Assembly (NCBI GenBank): GCA_024613925.1
Contig: GCA_024613925.1_4713.1
DNA from: a phage
Strand: one strand, 5' to 3'
Length of the DNA: 64,000 nucleotides
Every line of letters begins with the position of its first letter. Position 1 is the stretch's first letter. Made by a program: the position numbers and the translations under genes. This document shows positions 19,336-28,926 of this stretch, one piece after another. The notes under the pieces were generated by a model. The model searched no databases, was not told where the DNA came from, and saw only the letters and a list, made by a program, of their open reading frames with translations.

Positions 19336-19532
19336 AAAAAAGGATAATAACTGACAGAAAGATATCGATGATGTTCGTGAAACAAGATCTTCTCTCGTGC
19401 ACAATGATGCTAGATCAGAGGGAGGTTGTAACACGAGAGGCGATTCGCCAAAGAAGGAATAAAAAACACGAATCTATCTTATTTCACTGATGGCACTAAC
19501 CACTCAAAATATATAGTACTGTATGTAAAAGT

Positions 19533-19946
19533 TTACTGATTAATCAAGTCGTTAGCAACAATCTTGGTGTAACCTGCCTGATTAAGAATTTGATTAATTT
19601 TCGTCACGTCGGTCGCATCCTCAATAACGATGCTGGGTTTATAGATCAGCGTCTTGGTAACGACGATTGTACTCTCCTTAATCCAAGGAATCCCTAGAAT
19701 CACATACTCGCCATCAGCTGTGATGACCTCGACGTAATTGTATTTCGTCGGATCGTTCGGTACACTGGACGGGAGCCGGGAATAAATCTGTTGATGAATA
19801 GCGTCTACATCACGGCCGTTGCGCACAGCCGTACGATAGTTGTACACGGCACTAATTTCTACTCCGTTGAAGTTAACCCCAAGTTCTGGGGCGTACACAT
19901 CAAAACTCACAACAGAGCCAATCTTTTCTAAATCAGAAGCTGGCAT
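19533..19946 (-). CDS. hypothetical protein
   Basis: 137-aa ORF; AAGGA 8 nt upstream of ATG. Confidence 0.5.
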   Translation of the reverse strand: MPASDLEKIGSVVSFDVYAPELGVNFNGVEISAVYNYRTAVRNGRDVDAIHQQIYSRLPSSVPNDPTKYNYVEVITADGEYVILGIPWIKESTIVVTKTLIYKPSIVIEDATDVTKINQILNQAGYTKIVANDLINQ

Positions 19947-19957
19947 AATAGCATCCT

Positions 19958-20356
19958 TTATTTAAAAATGTATTCGTATCCGAAGGTCGTCGCCGACCAG
20001 ACCCGGATAGATGATAGTGTTCCGCCACGATAAAACGTTTTTGTGAATTCCATATCCTGGGCAACACGATAATAAACACGTCCGATAATACGCACGATAA
20101 GGTTTCGTGATAACGATCTCTCCTCGCAGTATTCATCGATAAAGTCATCGTCGATATCCGATAAGACAACATCTGCAATTTCTTGCAGTAGATTCCTCAT
20201 CAGCATCTGCCTTCCTTCGGTACCCCACCCAGACAAACAGTAATCGTCTTCTGCCTGACTATAGATGTCGTTAACCGTCTGTTCGAGCAGTTGCTCAAGA
20301 TAGTAGTCATCGCGTTTTATAACGTGGCGACGGCGCTCAGTGGCGTATTTTTCCAT
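19958..20356 (-). CDS. hypothetical small acidic protein
   Basis: Track ORF 19958..20479 trimmed to internal ATG (MEKYATER..) to avoid overlap with 20317..20805; start uncertain. Confidence 0.3.
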   Translation of the reverse strand: MEKYATERRRHVIKRDDYYLEQLLEQTVNDIYSQAEDDYCLSGWGTEGRQMLMRNLLQEIADVVLSDIDDDFIDEYCEERSLSRNLIVRIIGRVYYRVAQDMEFTKTFYRGGTLSSIRVWSATTFGYEYIFK

Positions 20357-20805
20357 CCTGTGTTTCTCTTGTTCGGCGTATGTATTAACGACGCCACAGT
20401 CTTTTCTGGATCGTCCCACAATGCACGACGAAAACTGGATACTACCATAACGGTAGGATAGATTTGTACAACCTCCCATCCGTAACGATGTGCGTTAGTC
20501 GTACGTCCGACATTGAACAGACATAACTGATTTAAGAAACAGAGCTGCATCTTCGTAAACAACACCCTGTCTTCACGTTTAACGTATCCGAGGATATACG
20601 CATTCTCGAACGCCTCGCGTGACAAGACGGGTCGATTAAGATACCGTAACGCTAGTACCAACAACGTTGTTATACGCAACGGATCTTCTGGGTCATTCAT
20701 GGTGCTCAGCTCTGCTTGTAACCAGTCAGGGATAGTAACCGTCAGGCGATAGGTATCTGTTCCACGATCAACCACATTCAATGTTGAAAAAGGCAACATA
20801 TCCAT
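20317..20805 (-). CDS. hypothetical protein
   Basis: 162-aa ORF; C-terminal part overlaps next ORF in another frame. Confidence 0.3.
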   Translation of the reverse strand: MDMLPFSTLNVVDRGTDTYRLTVTIPDWLQAELSTMNDPEDPLRITTLLVLALRYLNRPVLSREAFENAYILGYVKREDRVLFTKMQLCFLNQLCLFNVGRTTNAHRYGWEVVQIYPTVMVVSSFRRALWDDPEKTVASLIHTPNKRNTGWKNTPLSAVATL

Positions 20806-21262
20806 GAATTCCTTCTAGCTCGAGGTTGTTCTCGCCGGTCTTCGGTAATAACCCACTGGCCGTTAACATCTGCGTCATCGAGTAGTCAAAGCACGGAAAT
20901 ATCAGGTTAACGGTTTCCTGGATCGCGTCAACATAACTATAAATGGCTTCATAATACTCACCGTCATGATCTACGCTAACCAGTTCCTGACACAGTTCTT
21001 CGCTTATCATTTCATATACCGGCGGATACCACGATTGAAATGGTCGCTGCATACGTAACGACCAGTACTCATACGTCGTATACTGAAGCACGTCATATGC
21101 CGATACGTTAATGCGGTCGAAGAAAGCATACTTGTCCATATGCTGATACAACATCGCCAGCACGGTTTCCAAGCACACCGATATCCGCACGCCGTCATCT
21201 TTCCCGTTAAGAAAATTAGGTTTCTGCCGATAACGCACAAATGCCGACGGCTTTGATTGCAT
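20768..21262 (-). CDS. hypothetical protein
   Basis: Track ORF 20768..21343 trimmed to ATG overlapping stop of upstream ORF. Confidence 0.35.
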   Translation of the reverse strand: MQSKPSAFVRYRQKPNFLNGKDDGVRISVCLETVLAMLYQHMDKYAFFDRINVSAYDVLQYTTYEYWSLRMQRPFQSWYPPVYEMISEELCQELVSVDHDGEYYEAIYSYVDAIQETVNLIFPCFDYSMTQMLTASGLLPKTGENNLELEGIHGYVAFFNIECG

Positions 21263-21945
21263 TATTCCACCACCAACCATAACGTCATACTCGTATCTAA
21301 CGTAAAATTGAAATGCCACCAATCTTCTACACGTGGAACCCACGTACGAAGGATTTGGTTAACTTCGCTTCGCATCACCGATAAACGACAACGAAAGTCG
21401 AACTTCTCATCATGGCCGTAGTCTTCATGCATGAAAACTTCATCCAGAACGAACTCAAGTTGCATGTCGACATCACGGCCAGAGATATTCCGTTTGTACA
21501 AATACAACTCAATCGTGTCGTAAAGCAACGTATGAATATCATAATTTCCGTTCGGTGAGAAATAAGGTAATCGCTCATCGAGCATCGAAAACAGATATTC
21601 ACTGTAGTTTAATAACGGGATGATGTACCGACGCCCTGTCTGTGGTGTGCGAATATGTATCGAAACCTGACTTGGGCGCGGAATAACCGATGGCTTAGAA
21701 TCGTCTCTCTGAAATTGCTCTAAAGATCGCAACAAAGGTGGCCGCATTGTAACTCTCCAACGCCCAATTGTAAGGCCCTTCCAACATGTGTTCCCATACG
21801 TGAATAAACTCACTACCGAAGACAGGCTCCAGCGCCATGGTGAGATTCGTAAGTTCTGACGCGGCCGCATGGTAAGCATCAACATGTCTTTCCATTGACG
21901 GATCGTCTTCATTGAAAATACGTTCTGTATCGCCAGCCCGTTCAA
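21262..21945 (-). CDS. hypothetical protein (N-terminus probably shorter than track ORF)
   Basis: 227-aa track ORF; first ~65 residues are Arg/Trp-rich and overlap the neighbouring gene, so real start is probably internal. Confidence 0.3.
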   Translation of the reverse strand: MNGLAIQNVFSMKTIRQWKDMLMLTMRPRQNLRISPWRWSLSSVVSLFTYGNTCWKGLTIGRWRVTMRPPLLRSLEQFQRDDSKPSVIPRPSQVSIHIRTPQTGRRYIIPLLNYSEYLFSMLDERLPYFSPNGNYDIHTLLYDTIELYLYKRNISGRDVDMQLEFVLDEVFMHEDYGHDEKFDFRCRLSVMRSEVNQILRTWVPRVEDWWHFNFTLDTSMTLWLVVE

Positions 21946-21988
21946 TAAGTTCGGTAATGAGATCTGTCCATGTCTCGTGACACGTCAT
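21695..21988 (-). CDS. hypothetical small acidic protein
   Basis: Track ORF 21695..22324 trimmed to MMTCHETW.. with AGGA upstream; upstream part of track ORF looks non-coding. Confidence 0.35.
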   Translation of the reverse strand: MTCHETWTDLITELIERAGDTERIFNEDDPSMERHVDAYHAAASELTNLTMALEPVFGSEFIHVWEHMLEGPYNWALESYNAATFVAIFRAISERRF

Positions 21989-22919
21989 CATTTCCTGTTC
22001 TCGACTTAGTATGCCGATGTCTGCGTGGACGCTGGACTCGAACCGGTCTAAAAGGACCCGAAGAACGTGCACCTTGTCGATGTATTTCACCGTTATCCAA
22101 GAAAGCGGTTGCCACCGACTCAGCATCCATCCGGTACTCGGGAACCCCAAACTCATATAGTACGGGTTGCACCGGACCGAAGACGGAGCGGCGTTGTTTA
22201 AATCGCTCCTTAAGGGCAAGGCCTTGTTTAATATAAACGGGTTCATTGGCGAGTTGTTCCGCTTTTCGTTTTGCGTGAGCCAATCGAAGTTCTTCCAATT
22301 GCCCAAGCCATTCAAATTGTTCATCTGTTAGCTCCTGGGGACGTTCAACAATCGCGCCAGACGGGCAGATATTGATCGTAATGTTAATTGACGGCATCGC
22401 CATCACTCGAGGATTACTATTACGTACGCGGACAACGTGTTCGGTTGCTGATTTACGATCGACGCAATACTCTGTTTCTTGGAACTCAAATGCTTTTAAC
22501 GGCGTTGGTTTTGTTTGACGTTTAGGAACGCGGCCAAGATCAACAATATAGGCATAATCGCACACACGTTCTATTCCGTAAATACGGTTATCCGACCAGT
22601 TCTTACCAAACAGCTTATTGTGATGATAAGACAGATATTCGGTTACCATACCCTGGACAACATCGAAGTCTTCTCGAAATTCAGGTTGGTACCAAATCGG
22701 GCCGAGAATATCTGCGAACGATTCATGACGATATCGAGGATCATGTCGAGTCCAGGTCATTCTCTGATTAAGATCGAAATCCACCAACAACTCGGTTAAT
22801 TGCAATTTTTCCTTCGGAGAAAGCTGGCGTTGATGATGCAAACTCAGACAATCGATAAGCGGTAATGAAACCCACGATGCTAATGTGTACAAATCGATCC
22901 TGGCTAATCTCTTGGTCAT
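21942..22919 (-). CDS. hypothetical protein
   Basis: 325-aa ORF; Arg-rich C-terminal tail overlaps next gene, so true C-terminus uncertain. Confidence 0.4.
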   Translation of the reverse strand: MTKRLARIDLYTLASWVSLPLIDCLSLHHQRQLSPKEKLQLTELLVDFDLNQRMTWTRHDPRYRHESFADILGPIWYQPEFREDFDVVQGMVTEYLSYHHNKLFGKNWSDNRIYGIERVCDYAYIVDLGRVPKRQTKPTPLKAFEFQETEYCVDRKSATEHVVRVRNSNPRVMAMPSINITINICPSGAIVERPQELTDEQFEWLGQLEELRLAHAKRKAEQLANEPVYIKQGLALKERFKQRRSVFGPVQPVLYEFGVPEYRMDAESVATAFLDNGEIHRQGARSSGPFRPVRVQRPRRHRHTKSRTGNDDVSRDMDRSHYRTY

Positions 22920-23009
22920 ACTCTTTTCCTAAGTCCCCATTGTTTATACACACGATATCTGGGAATAGTTAAAATATACGGCGTAAACGAAGCAGGAGAG
23001 TTTCTGACG

Positions 23010-23330
23010 TCATTTTCTCCCTCTTCGAATACCACCGATACCTCTTTCGTCTAAGACGTCCCAAGCACGCTTTATTTCATCCTCCGTTGCTCTGGTATCT
23101 GGAGGGACAACCATAACACAGTCGTGGAATGGCCAATGTGCGGGTCTGGGGCTCGCGAACAAATCATCCCATTCAAATGTCCATTCTTTCTTTGAGCGAT
23201 TGTAGTAGAGCGTAAGGTACGTGTTGGTATACGCTGGATAACCACGCATAACTTCAATATCCTTACGATCCCGCCGTTCCTGATCCCAATCGTTAAACCG
23301 CTTTCTTATTTTCTCCCACCACTTTCCCAT
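23010..23330 (-). CDS. hypothetical protein
   Basis: 106-aa ORF; AGGAGAAAGC RBS; hairpin+TTTATGCCG element immediately upstream. Confidence 0.5.
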   Translation of the reverse strand: MGKWWEKIRKRFNDWDQERRDRKDIEVMRGYPAYTNTYLTLYYNRSKKEWTFEWDDLFASPRPAHWPFHDCVMVVPPDTRATEDEIKRAWDVLDERGIGGIRRGRK

Positions 23331-23352
23331 GCTTTCTCCTACGCGGCATAAA

Positions 23353-23374
23353 AGCCTGCCCCGAAGGACAGGCT
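23353..23374 (-). terminator. hairpin AGCCTG..CAGGCT with CUUCGG loop, followed on minus strand by TTTATGCCG
   Basis: Inverted repeat seen in sequence between genes 23384..23584 and 23010..23330. Confidence 0.4.
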
Positions 23375-23383
23375 CGATAGAAC

Positions 23384-23584
23384 TTAACGACCATCCAATT
23401 TCAATGAAGGATGGTTGACGATATGTGCGTGTTTTGCTGGGTCATATAGCTGATATGGAAAATAGCCATGCCATTGACGGCCTTGGCATTTCGTACACAG
23501 AAACTGACCAACACCTTGTCGATTCTCGTAAGCGAGTTCGGTACTATCAACATGTTCGCAACGTTCGCAGATAAACAGCGACAT
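23384..23584 (-). CDS. small zinc-ribbon protein
   Basis: 66 aa with two CxxC pairs (CERCEH ... CTKCQG); GGGGA RBS-like; immediately downstream of PhuZ gene. Confidence 0.45.
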   Translation of the reverse strand: MSLFICERCEHVDSTELAYENRQGVGQFLCTKCQGRQWHGYFPYQLYDPAKHAHIVNHPSLKLDGR

Positions 23585-23621
23585 AGCGCATCCCCATTCA
23601 CTTGAACCTTTTGGTTCGGCA

Positions 23622-24602
23622 TTAGAAAAGCAAGAAACCGCTATTCTTCGCTTCTGCTACAGTTTCGTCACCGACTTTCGGTGCTTGTTGACGTGCGTTA
23701 CGGTGTTCGATGTAACGTTTCGCTTCGTCCGCGATTTGTTTGATAATACCCCCTAAACGATCAGTACTTAAAACAAACGACGTCGCTTCACGAATTGGGC
23801 TGCTTTCAGGCACAAAACCATCGCAGCTGTAAATAGCGCTAACGCCCATGACTTTTGTCGCGTCTTTCGGATAAAGCGTACAGAAAGCAATCGGGCTATC
23901 GTTCTCTTTCGTCCAATCGTATCCCATGAACGTATTCAGTTCGGTGATCGTTGGTTCCAAACCGGTAACACGTGGATGGTTTAAGAAGTTTTCCAGGTCA
24001 GCGCTGTCAAGACGGCGGTTCTCGCCAGAAAACAGAACACAAAGCTGGCTGATAACAACCTGCACGTCCAGGTTGACATCCTGCTCCGATTTCCCATTTT
24101 CGCCATTCATGTGATAGCTAACAATCACTGGACGTTTCAACCCTTCTGCAGCTGCCATCAGTCCTTTGAAGGTGCGATCGGCGTTGATCGTTTGACGCTC
24201 ATCATCGAACGAGGCAACGATGCAACACACCACACGTTCACCGCGTTCCAGCAGGTTAGCAACCAACGCAGGACCGGCAACAGAACCTGAACCACCGCTC
24301 AAACTAAAGACCACGATATTAAATTTACCTGGCGTATGCTTATTGAGAATACCTGGGATTTGTGAACAGATCAGTTCAGCGTTCTCGTCACGCTTCTTAC
24401 CAGAACCGTCTAACTCACGACCGGCTGCATCTTTAAAGATGTAAATATGATCGTCGCCCAGTGTGCTATCGCGTAGGTTAGCGCGGCTGGTATCGACATA
24501 CGTCATGCTGTGTAATCCTTTCGCGACTTCGCCTTCAAATGCCGAGCCGATTTCGCCACCACAACCACCGACAGCCCAAATATGTACTTGGTTCTCTTGC
24601 AT
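23622..24602 (-). CDS. phuZ: PhuZ-like phage tubulin (FtsZ/tubulin superfamily GTPase)
   Basis: 326 aa; segment FSLSGGSGSVAGPALVANLL matches the tubulin/FtsZ GGGTGSG-type signature and the PhuZ pattern YSLGGGSGSV.GP recalled from 201phi2-1; N-terminal IWAVGGCGGEIG glycine-rich loop; AGGAG RBS. Confidence 0.7.
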   Translation of the reverse strand: MQENQVHIWAVGGCGGEIGSAFEGEVAKGLHSMTYVDTSRANLRDSTLGDDHIYIFKDAAGRELDGSGKKRDENAELICSQIPGILNKHTPGKFNIVVFSLSGGSGSVAGPALVANLLERGERVVCCIVASFDDERQTINADRTFKGLMAAAEGLKRPVIVSYHMNGENGKSEQDVNLDVQVVISQLCVLFSGENRRLDSADLENFLNHPRVTGLEPTITELNTFMGYDWTKENDSPIAFCTLYPKDATKVMGVSAIYSCDGFVPESSPIREATSFVLSTDRLGGIIKQIADEAKRYIEHRNARQQAPKVGDETVAEAKNSGFLLF

Positions 24603-24666
24603 GTGAACTCCTAACTTAATATGTATTTAACGCACAATGAATCTTTCTTTGCTAAAGGGGTGACCC

Positions 24667-25509
24667 ATGGGTGCTATTGACTACAGTGTAGATCGTATCT
24701 GTCGTACAATACCGGCAGATATCCTACAGTATTGCTATATCGATCGTTACGACTGGCGTAATCGCTATCCTCGTTCCGTAGAAGACATCATTACCGATTG
24801 GGTAATCCGTAAACGGGTTATCGGCGACATCGATATCTACGGGGGACTACAAACCGTTATCCCCCTTGATGATGCAGGTGTCACTATCGAAGAAGTCACC
24901 ATTAACTGTTATGTTTTCCACATTCCGTTGGAAGCCACGCAAGGACGTTACATCACGTCTGCATTATCCATTATTTCAGGGAGCGTGAACAACTACGGAA
25001 TAAACTATAACGGGCAATGGGGTGCTTTCAACCAAACCCAGTTTCAACGTCAGCTTTGTGGGTGGAACCCCGCAAGCAACACGTTACAGCAAGGGATGAA
25101 CGCATTCGGTCCCATGAACGTTCTTAGTACAGCCAACGTTGATATCATCGCCCCTAACACCATCATGGTGAACAACGTCACGCCTGTACAATTTCCCCTG
25201 AGTCTACGTTGTTTCCTTGCCCACGATCCGGAACTTACCAACCTCAGCATGGAGGTTTGGAACGACTTCTACAAACTCTGTTTATACGCCACACAAAGCG
25301 ACATCTACAACAGAACCGTTATCCGTCTTGACAGAGGTGTTACAGCACAAGGACAAGAAGTCGGTGCATTCAAGGAATACATCGATCGCTTTGCTGATGC
25401 TGAAAACACATATCAGGAATTCCTGAACGAAACGTGGGCTGGCGTTGCTGCCTGGAACGACCCACAAACTAAACGTCGCGCCATTCGATTACAAACCGGT
25501 TACTTCTGA
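24667..25509 (+). CDS. hypothetical protein
   Basis: 280-aa ORF divergent from phuZ; AAAGGGGTGA upstream of ATG. Confidence 0.5.
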   Translation: MGAIDYSVDRICRTIPADILQYCYIDRYDWRNRYPRSVEDIITDWVIRKRVIGDIDIYGGLQTVIPLDDAGVTIEEVTINCYVFHIPLEATQGRYITSALSIISGSVNNYGINYNGQWGAFNQTQFQRQLCGWNPASNTLQQGMNAFGPMNVLSTANVDIIAPNTIMVNNVTPVQFPLSLRCFLAHDPELTNLSMEVWNDFYKLCLYATQSDIYNRTVIRLDRGVTAQGQEVGAFKEYIDRFADAENTYQEFLNETWAGVAAWNDPQTKRRAIRLQTGYF

Positions 25510-26036
25510 TTAACAACAGCTTCCTCCCTCGGTGTTTTCGAGGGAGGTATTTGCCGTTTGAACACTTTCAGCACGTTCGCAAAATCAGCAGCAATAATAC
25601 AGGCCGAGGCTGATAGCTTATTGCTGAAAATGAGATCGTCCGGTAAACAATCGAACTGAATACCATATTGCGTCTTTGTCTCATCAACGATCAGTGACGG
25701 TGTCGATCCTGTCTTCGCGATGTCGGTGATATACAAACGTAAAAATAATTCACCGTCTTCGCTATCCATAAAACGATAGGCGTTACCAGAAAACGCAACA
25801 CTTGGCGTAACGATAAATTGAACACGATCGTCGGTCGGATGGATATTTAACCAACGTTCGATATCACTGCTACTCACATTCCGCATATTTACTACGGTAA
25901 AAGCAAATAGCGTATCGTGATGTTTGGAATAATGCAGCACATACGCCGCACCTTTCTTTTTGTGAATCCCTTCAATGTATTCTATTGTCGTATAGCCGGA
26001 TTTATATAGCTTTACTTGCGGTTTATCACTCATCAT
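25500..26036 (-). CDS. hypothetical protein
   Basis: Track ORF 25500..26117 trimmed to ATG overlapping stop of upstream ORF (ATGATGA coupling). Confidence 0.35.
   Translation of the reverse strand: MMSDKPQVKLYKSGYTTIEYIEGIHKKKGAAYVLHYSKHHDTLFAFTVVNMRNVSSSDIERWLNIHPTDDRVQFIVTPSVAFSGNAYRFMDSEDGELFLRLYITDIAKTGSTPSLIVDETKTQYGIQFDCLPDDLIFSNKLSASACIIAADFANVLKVFKRQIPPSKTPREEAVVNQK
25523..25547. terminator. hairpin CCTCCCTCG..CGAGGGAGG at convergent gene ends
   Basis: 9-bp inverted repeat just after stop of plus gene 24667..25509; lies within 3' end of minus ORF. Confidence 0.35.
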
Positions 26037-26332
26037 AACAACCCTTCCCGTTTCATCGCAGCACGCATACTTGCGTAAAGCGCATTCTTCATTGCACCTG
26101 GACGCAACGGATAACAAATCTCATATCGACGTCCTTGTTTTACAGCAATTTTCCTTCCGTTCAGAAACAACGTACCATTATCCAGCAACAACTCACCTTG
26201 TAGTACCATGAGTCCTGCTTTAACATGACGTCCTTCTTCTTTCGTTAAGACCTTATAGCCGTGTTTATCCAATAACCACAATTCGTAGATACCATGCGCA
26301 GCCTTCGGCATTACTTTCTTCTTCGTCGTCAT
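26033..26332 (-). CDS. hypothetical small basic protein
   Basis: 99-aa ORF in operon-like array. Confidence 0.4.
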   Translation of the reverse strand: MTTKKKVMPKAAHGIYELWLLDKHGYKVLTKEEGRHVKAGLMVLQGELLLDNGTLFLNGRKIAVKQGRRYEICYPLRPGAMKNALYASMRAAMKREGLL

Positions 26333-26344
26333 GGAAGATCCTCC

Positions 26345-26719
26345 TTAAACTCCTTGTCGGATCATCACCAACCGGAGCATGTTGTATTCCAATGTAGCGC
26401 TTTCTAATTCGAATTCATATCGATACCAGAAATTCGGCTCTAATTGACCTACAACACATTTACGAACATCTGTCTGCACCTTCCTCGACAACACCTGTAA
26501 CAGTTGTGTTATCTCCGGCTTGAAGTAATACGCCAAACCTAACTGATCAGAATAAAACAGGCCACAATCAAAGATGGCCTGTAAAATAACATATTCAACC
26601 ATCAGGTGACGCGCATCGGGGTCAGGGAATGGTGAACGTAAAGCGAGATCTAACACATCGACAATTGGGCCGACATAAATGGCGGCACGGTACTCACGAA
26701 TAACACTGATGTTATCCAT
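26345..26719 (-). CDS. hypothetical protein
   Basis: 124-aa ORF. Confidence 0.4.
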   Translation of the reverse strand: MDNISVIREYRAAIYVGPIVDVLDLALRSPFPDPDARHLMVEYVILQAIFDCGLFYSDQLGLAYYFKPEITQLLQVLSRKVQTDVRKCVVGQLEPNFWYRYEFELESATLEYNMLRLVMIRQGV

Positions 26720-26732
26720 GATAACCTATTCG

Positions 26733-27557
26733 TTAACTGTCGCTTTCTGATGTATCAACGTAGTTGAAAATACGATCCCGTAAACACTCATAACGAGGCA
26801 ACGCACTAAGAATGATCATCTTCAACTGCATCGCGATCGATATGCGTTCTTCATCCGATGCATCATCTCCCCATTTACCCGGCTTAACCTGAATAGGTTC
26901 ATGCGGATCCTGCGGGAATATAAAACTTAACAACAGATAATCCGTACGGAACTCCCACACTTCTCGACCGTCGTTATCGGTTTCCTTACGCAACGTGAAG
27001 AGTTGACGTTCGGTGGTTGGATCCAGCATCAGCGGTCGACCACGAACAATCTCCAGTTTACGTGGGCTGACGAACGTTGTACGTTCCGGAAGGTATTTTT
27101 CAACATCATCCGTATCCAGCAAGAACAAAATGATGTCGTCGAAATACTTCGGTGCGTACGTGTGTATCGGTTCACCATCGCTATACGAAGAGATCTCTTG
27201 GAGTATTGGTGTCTTACACGAAAAGTTCTGGCATGAACCACGGGTGATCGGTAAGGTGGCCCATTGGTGTTCTGTAGACAACTCAACTGGCACCAACGGA
27301 TAATCATCGATGAAGACCACGCACGTTGTGCTAATGGGTATTCTTCCATCATTACCTGGTTCAAAAACCAAACGTATCTTACCGGTAATCAGCGCCATCT
27401 CGTCCGGCATTAAATGGCTTGCTGAACGGGCAAGCCTGAAACCGGCCGCCTGTTTATAAGGTTCAGGTTTATAGCCACGGACAATAAGAGAGACATCCGC
27501 AAGTTCAACGCTCACGAATACATCTTTGGTGTCTTCATTGTTCGTCGTTAACGTCAT
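26733..27557 (-). CDS. hypothetical protein
   Basis: 274-aa ORF. Confidence 0.45.
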   Translation of the reverse strand: MTLTTNNEDTKDVFVSVELADVSLIVRGYKPEPYKQAAGFRLARSASHLMPDEMALITGKIRLVFEPGNDGRIPISTTCVVFIDDYPLVPVELSTEHQWATLPITRGSCQNFSCKTPILQEISSYSDGEPIHTYAPKYFDDIILFLLDTDDVEKYLPERTTFVSPRKLEIVRGRPLMLDPTTERQLFTLRKETDNDGREVWEFRTDYLLLSFIFPQDPHEPIQVKPGKWGDDASDEERISIAMQLKMIILSALPRYECLRDRIFNYVDTSESDS

Positions 27558-28572
27558 TGTTCATTTTCTCCATTGCAACGAATCGTTCAAGCTCGCGTAA
27601 TAAACGCTCTTTTAACGCAGGATCAACTTCCGGAGCATGTTTATCGCGATACCATTCGGTCCCGTTGTATTGCAGGCTAACATGCCATGTTCCTAACGGG
27701 CTTTCCTCTGCAGCGGCGATGAAATTCTTAACGCCGGTTTTGGTAGGATACTCCATGATAGGAACGGCCTGCTTCAGATCCATTACGGTAAGATCCTGGA
27801 AGTTATAATCCAGAAGCGTTAATGCGCGTTTGTCGCGTAGCAGTAGCCCGCAATCTAAGATGGTGAAATCGATACCCCAGAAACGTAACTTGCCTCCAAC
27901 CCCAACAGGGGTATGGCCACGATAAACCGCGAGATAAATCTCACCTTTATCGGTTTCTTTGTTGTACCCAGCAATAAAAGCAGCTGTGATTAATGGTTGG
28001 TGTCCTTTCGCTAAGAAGGCAGGGTGGTTATGATACAACCAGTCACTACGAATCAGATCGGTAACCTGACCTAAACGTGCTGTTGGTACCATCACCGATC
28101 CCAGAGTTTCATCAACAGGAACCTGGTAATATTCAAACAGAACACCATCAATTTCTTCGGTAGCGTAAGGCGTACGTGTGGGATCGTTAAGGAGTTTACG
28201 GAGTTTTGTGTCGATTTCGTTAACACGGCTACCCTGTTCTTTCTCGCGGCTTCCGATAACAAAAGCAACAAGATTGCGTACGCTAACAAAAACATCATCT
28301 TTCTCGGTGTCGCTAAGATCAGCTTCATCAGGCATTGTTGTCCAATGTAGTGGACCTTCAACAACCTTAAGCCATTTATCTTCGCGTTCAGGATAAACAA
28401 AAGGCTTATGCACAGGAACACTGGTGTGCTGAACACGTAATAACAGATTGCATAACGATGGTAATGTTTTCTCTAGAGGCGGCACTATACCACTCGTGAC
28501 AGCGATGACGTGACGATTAAGAACAAGAGAAGCTGAATAGGTGATGTTATCTAATCCTGGTAATTGATCCAT
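27535..28572 (-). CDS. hypothetical protein (first gene after long AT-rich leader)
   Basis: 345-aa ORF preceded by ~350-bp AT-rich non-coding region. Confidence 0.5.
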   Translation of the reverse strand: MDQLPGLDNITYSASLVLNRHVIAVTSGIVPPLEKTLPSLCNLLLRVQHTSVPVHKPFVYPEREDKWLKVVEGPLHWTTMPDEADLSDTEKDDVFVSVRNLVAFVIGSREKEQGSRVNEIDTKLRKLLNDPTRTPYATEEIDGVLFEYYQVPVDETLGSVMVPTARLGQVTDLIRSDWLYHNHPAFLAKGHQPLITAAFIAGYNKETDKGEIYLAVYRGHTPVGVGGKLRFWGIDFTILDCGLLLRDKRALTLLDYNFQDLTVMDLKQAVPIMEYPTKTGVKNFIAAAEESPLGTWHVSLQYNGTEWYRDKHAPEVDPALKERLLRELERFVAMEKMNNDVNDEQ

Positions 28573-28873
28573 GATAGAAATCCTTATTGGTTGCGATTAA
28601 CATATTAAGTTTAAAAGAGGTTATGTTTTACGTCATATTCGATGTATGTATTAATGAATTAGAATACTTGTATTTTTAAGTGAGTATAATAATAGTAATA
28701 AACCTAAATTAATCTCTATTGCTTATTGTTCTATCTAAAGATAGTAAACAGATATAATGCTCCCCACCTCCCCATTCTCCCAAGTAATACTGGCCTACCG
28801 GCCCTCTCCTTTTTAAGGGAGAGAGTAAGCATTCAGTATTGCTCAAATGAATAAGCAAAACAGTATAAACTTA

Positions 28874-28897
28874 CCGTCTCGAGATAACTCGAGACGG
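28874..28897 (-). terminator. perfect palindrome CCGTCTCGAG-ATAA-CTCGAGACGG downstream of gene 28927..29280
   Basis: 10-bp stem, 4-nt loop; start of long AT-rich intergenic region. Confidence 0.4.
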
Positions 28898-28926
28898 CGT
28901 AGTAGTATCTGTTTATCTCTTTTATG

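Noticed and set aside
19207-19434. 75-aa minus-strand ORF in the intergenic region
   Set aside because: Spans an intrinsic terminator hairpin and overlaps the start of the 717-aa gene; no RBS
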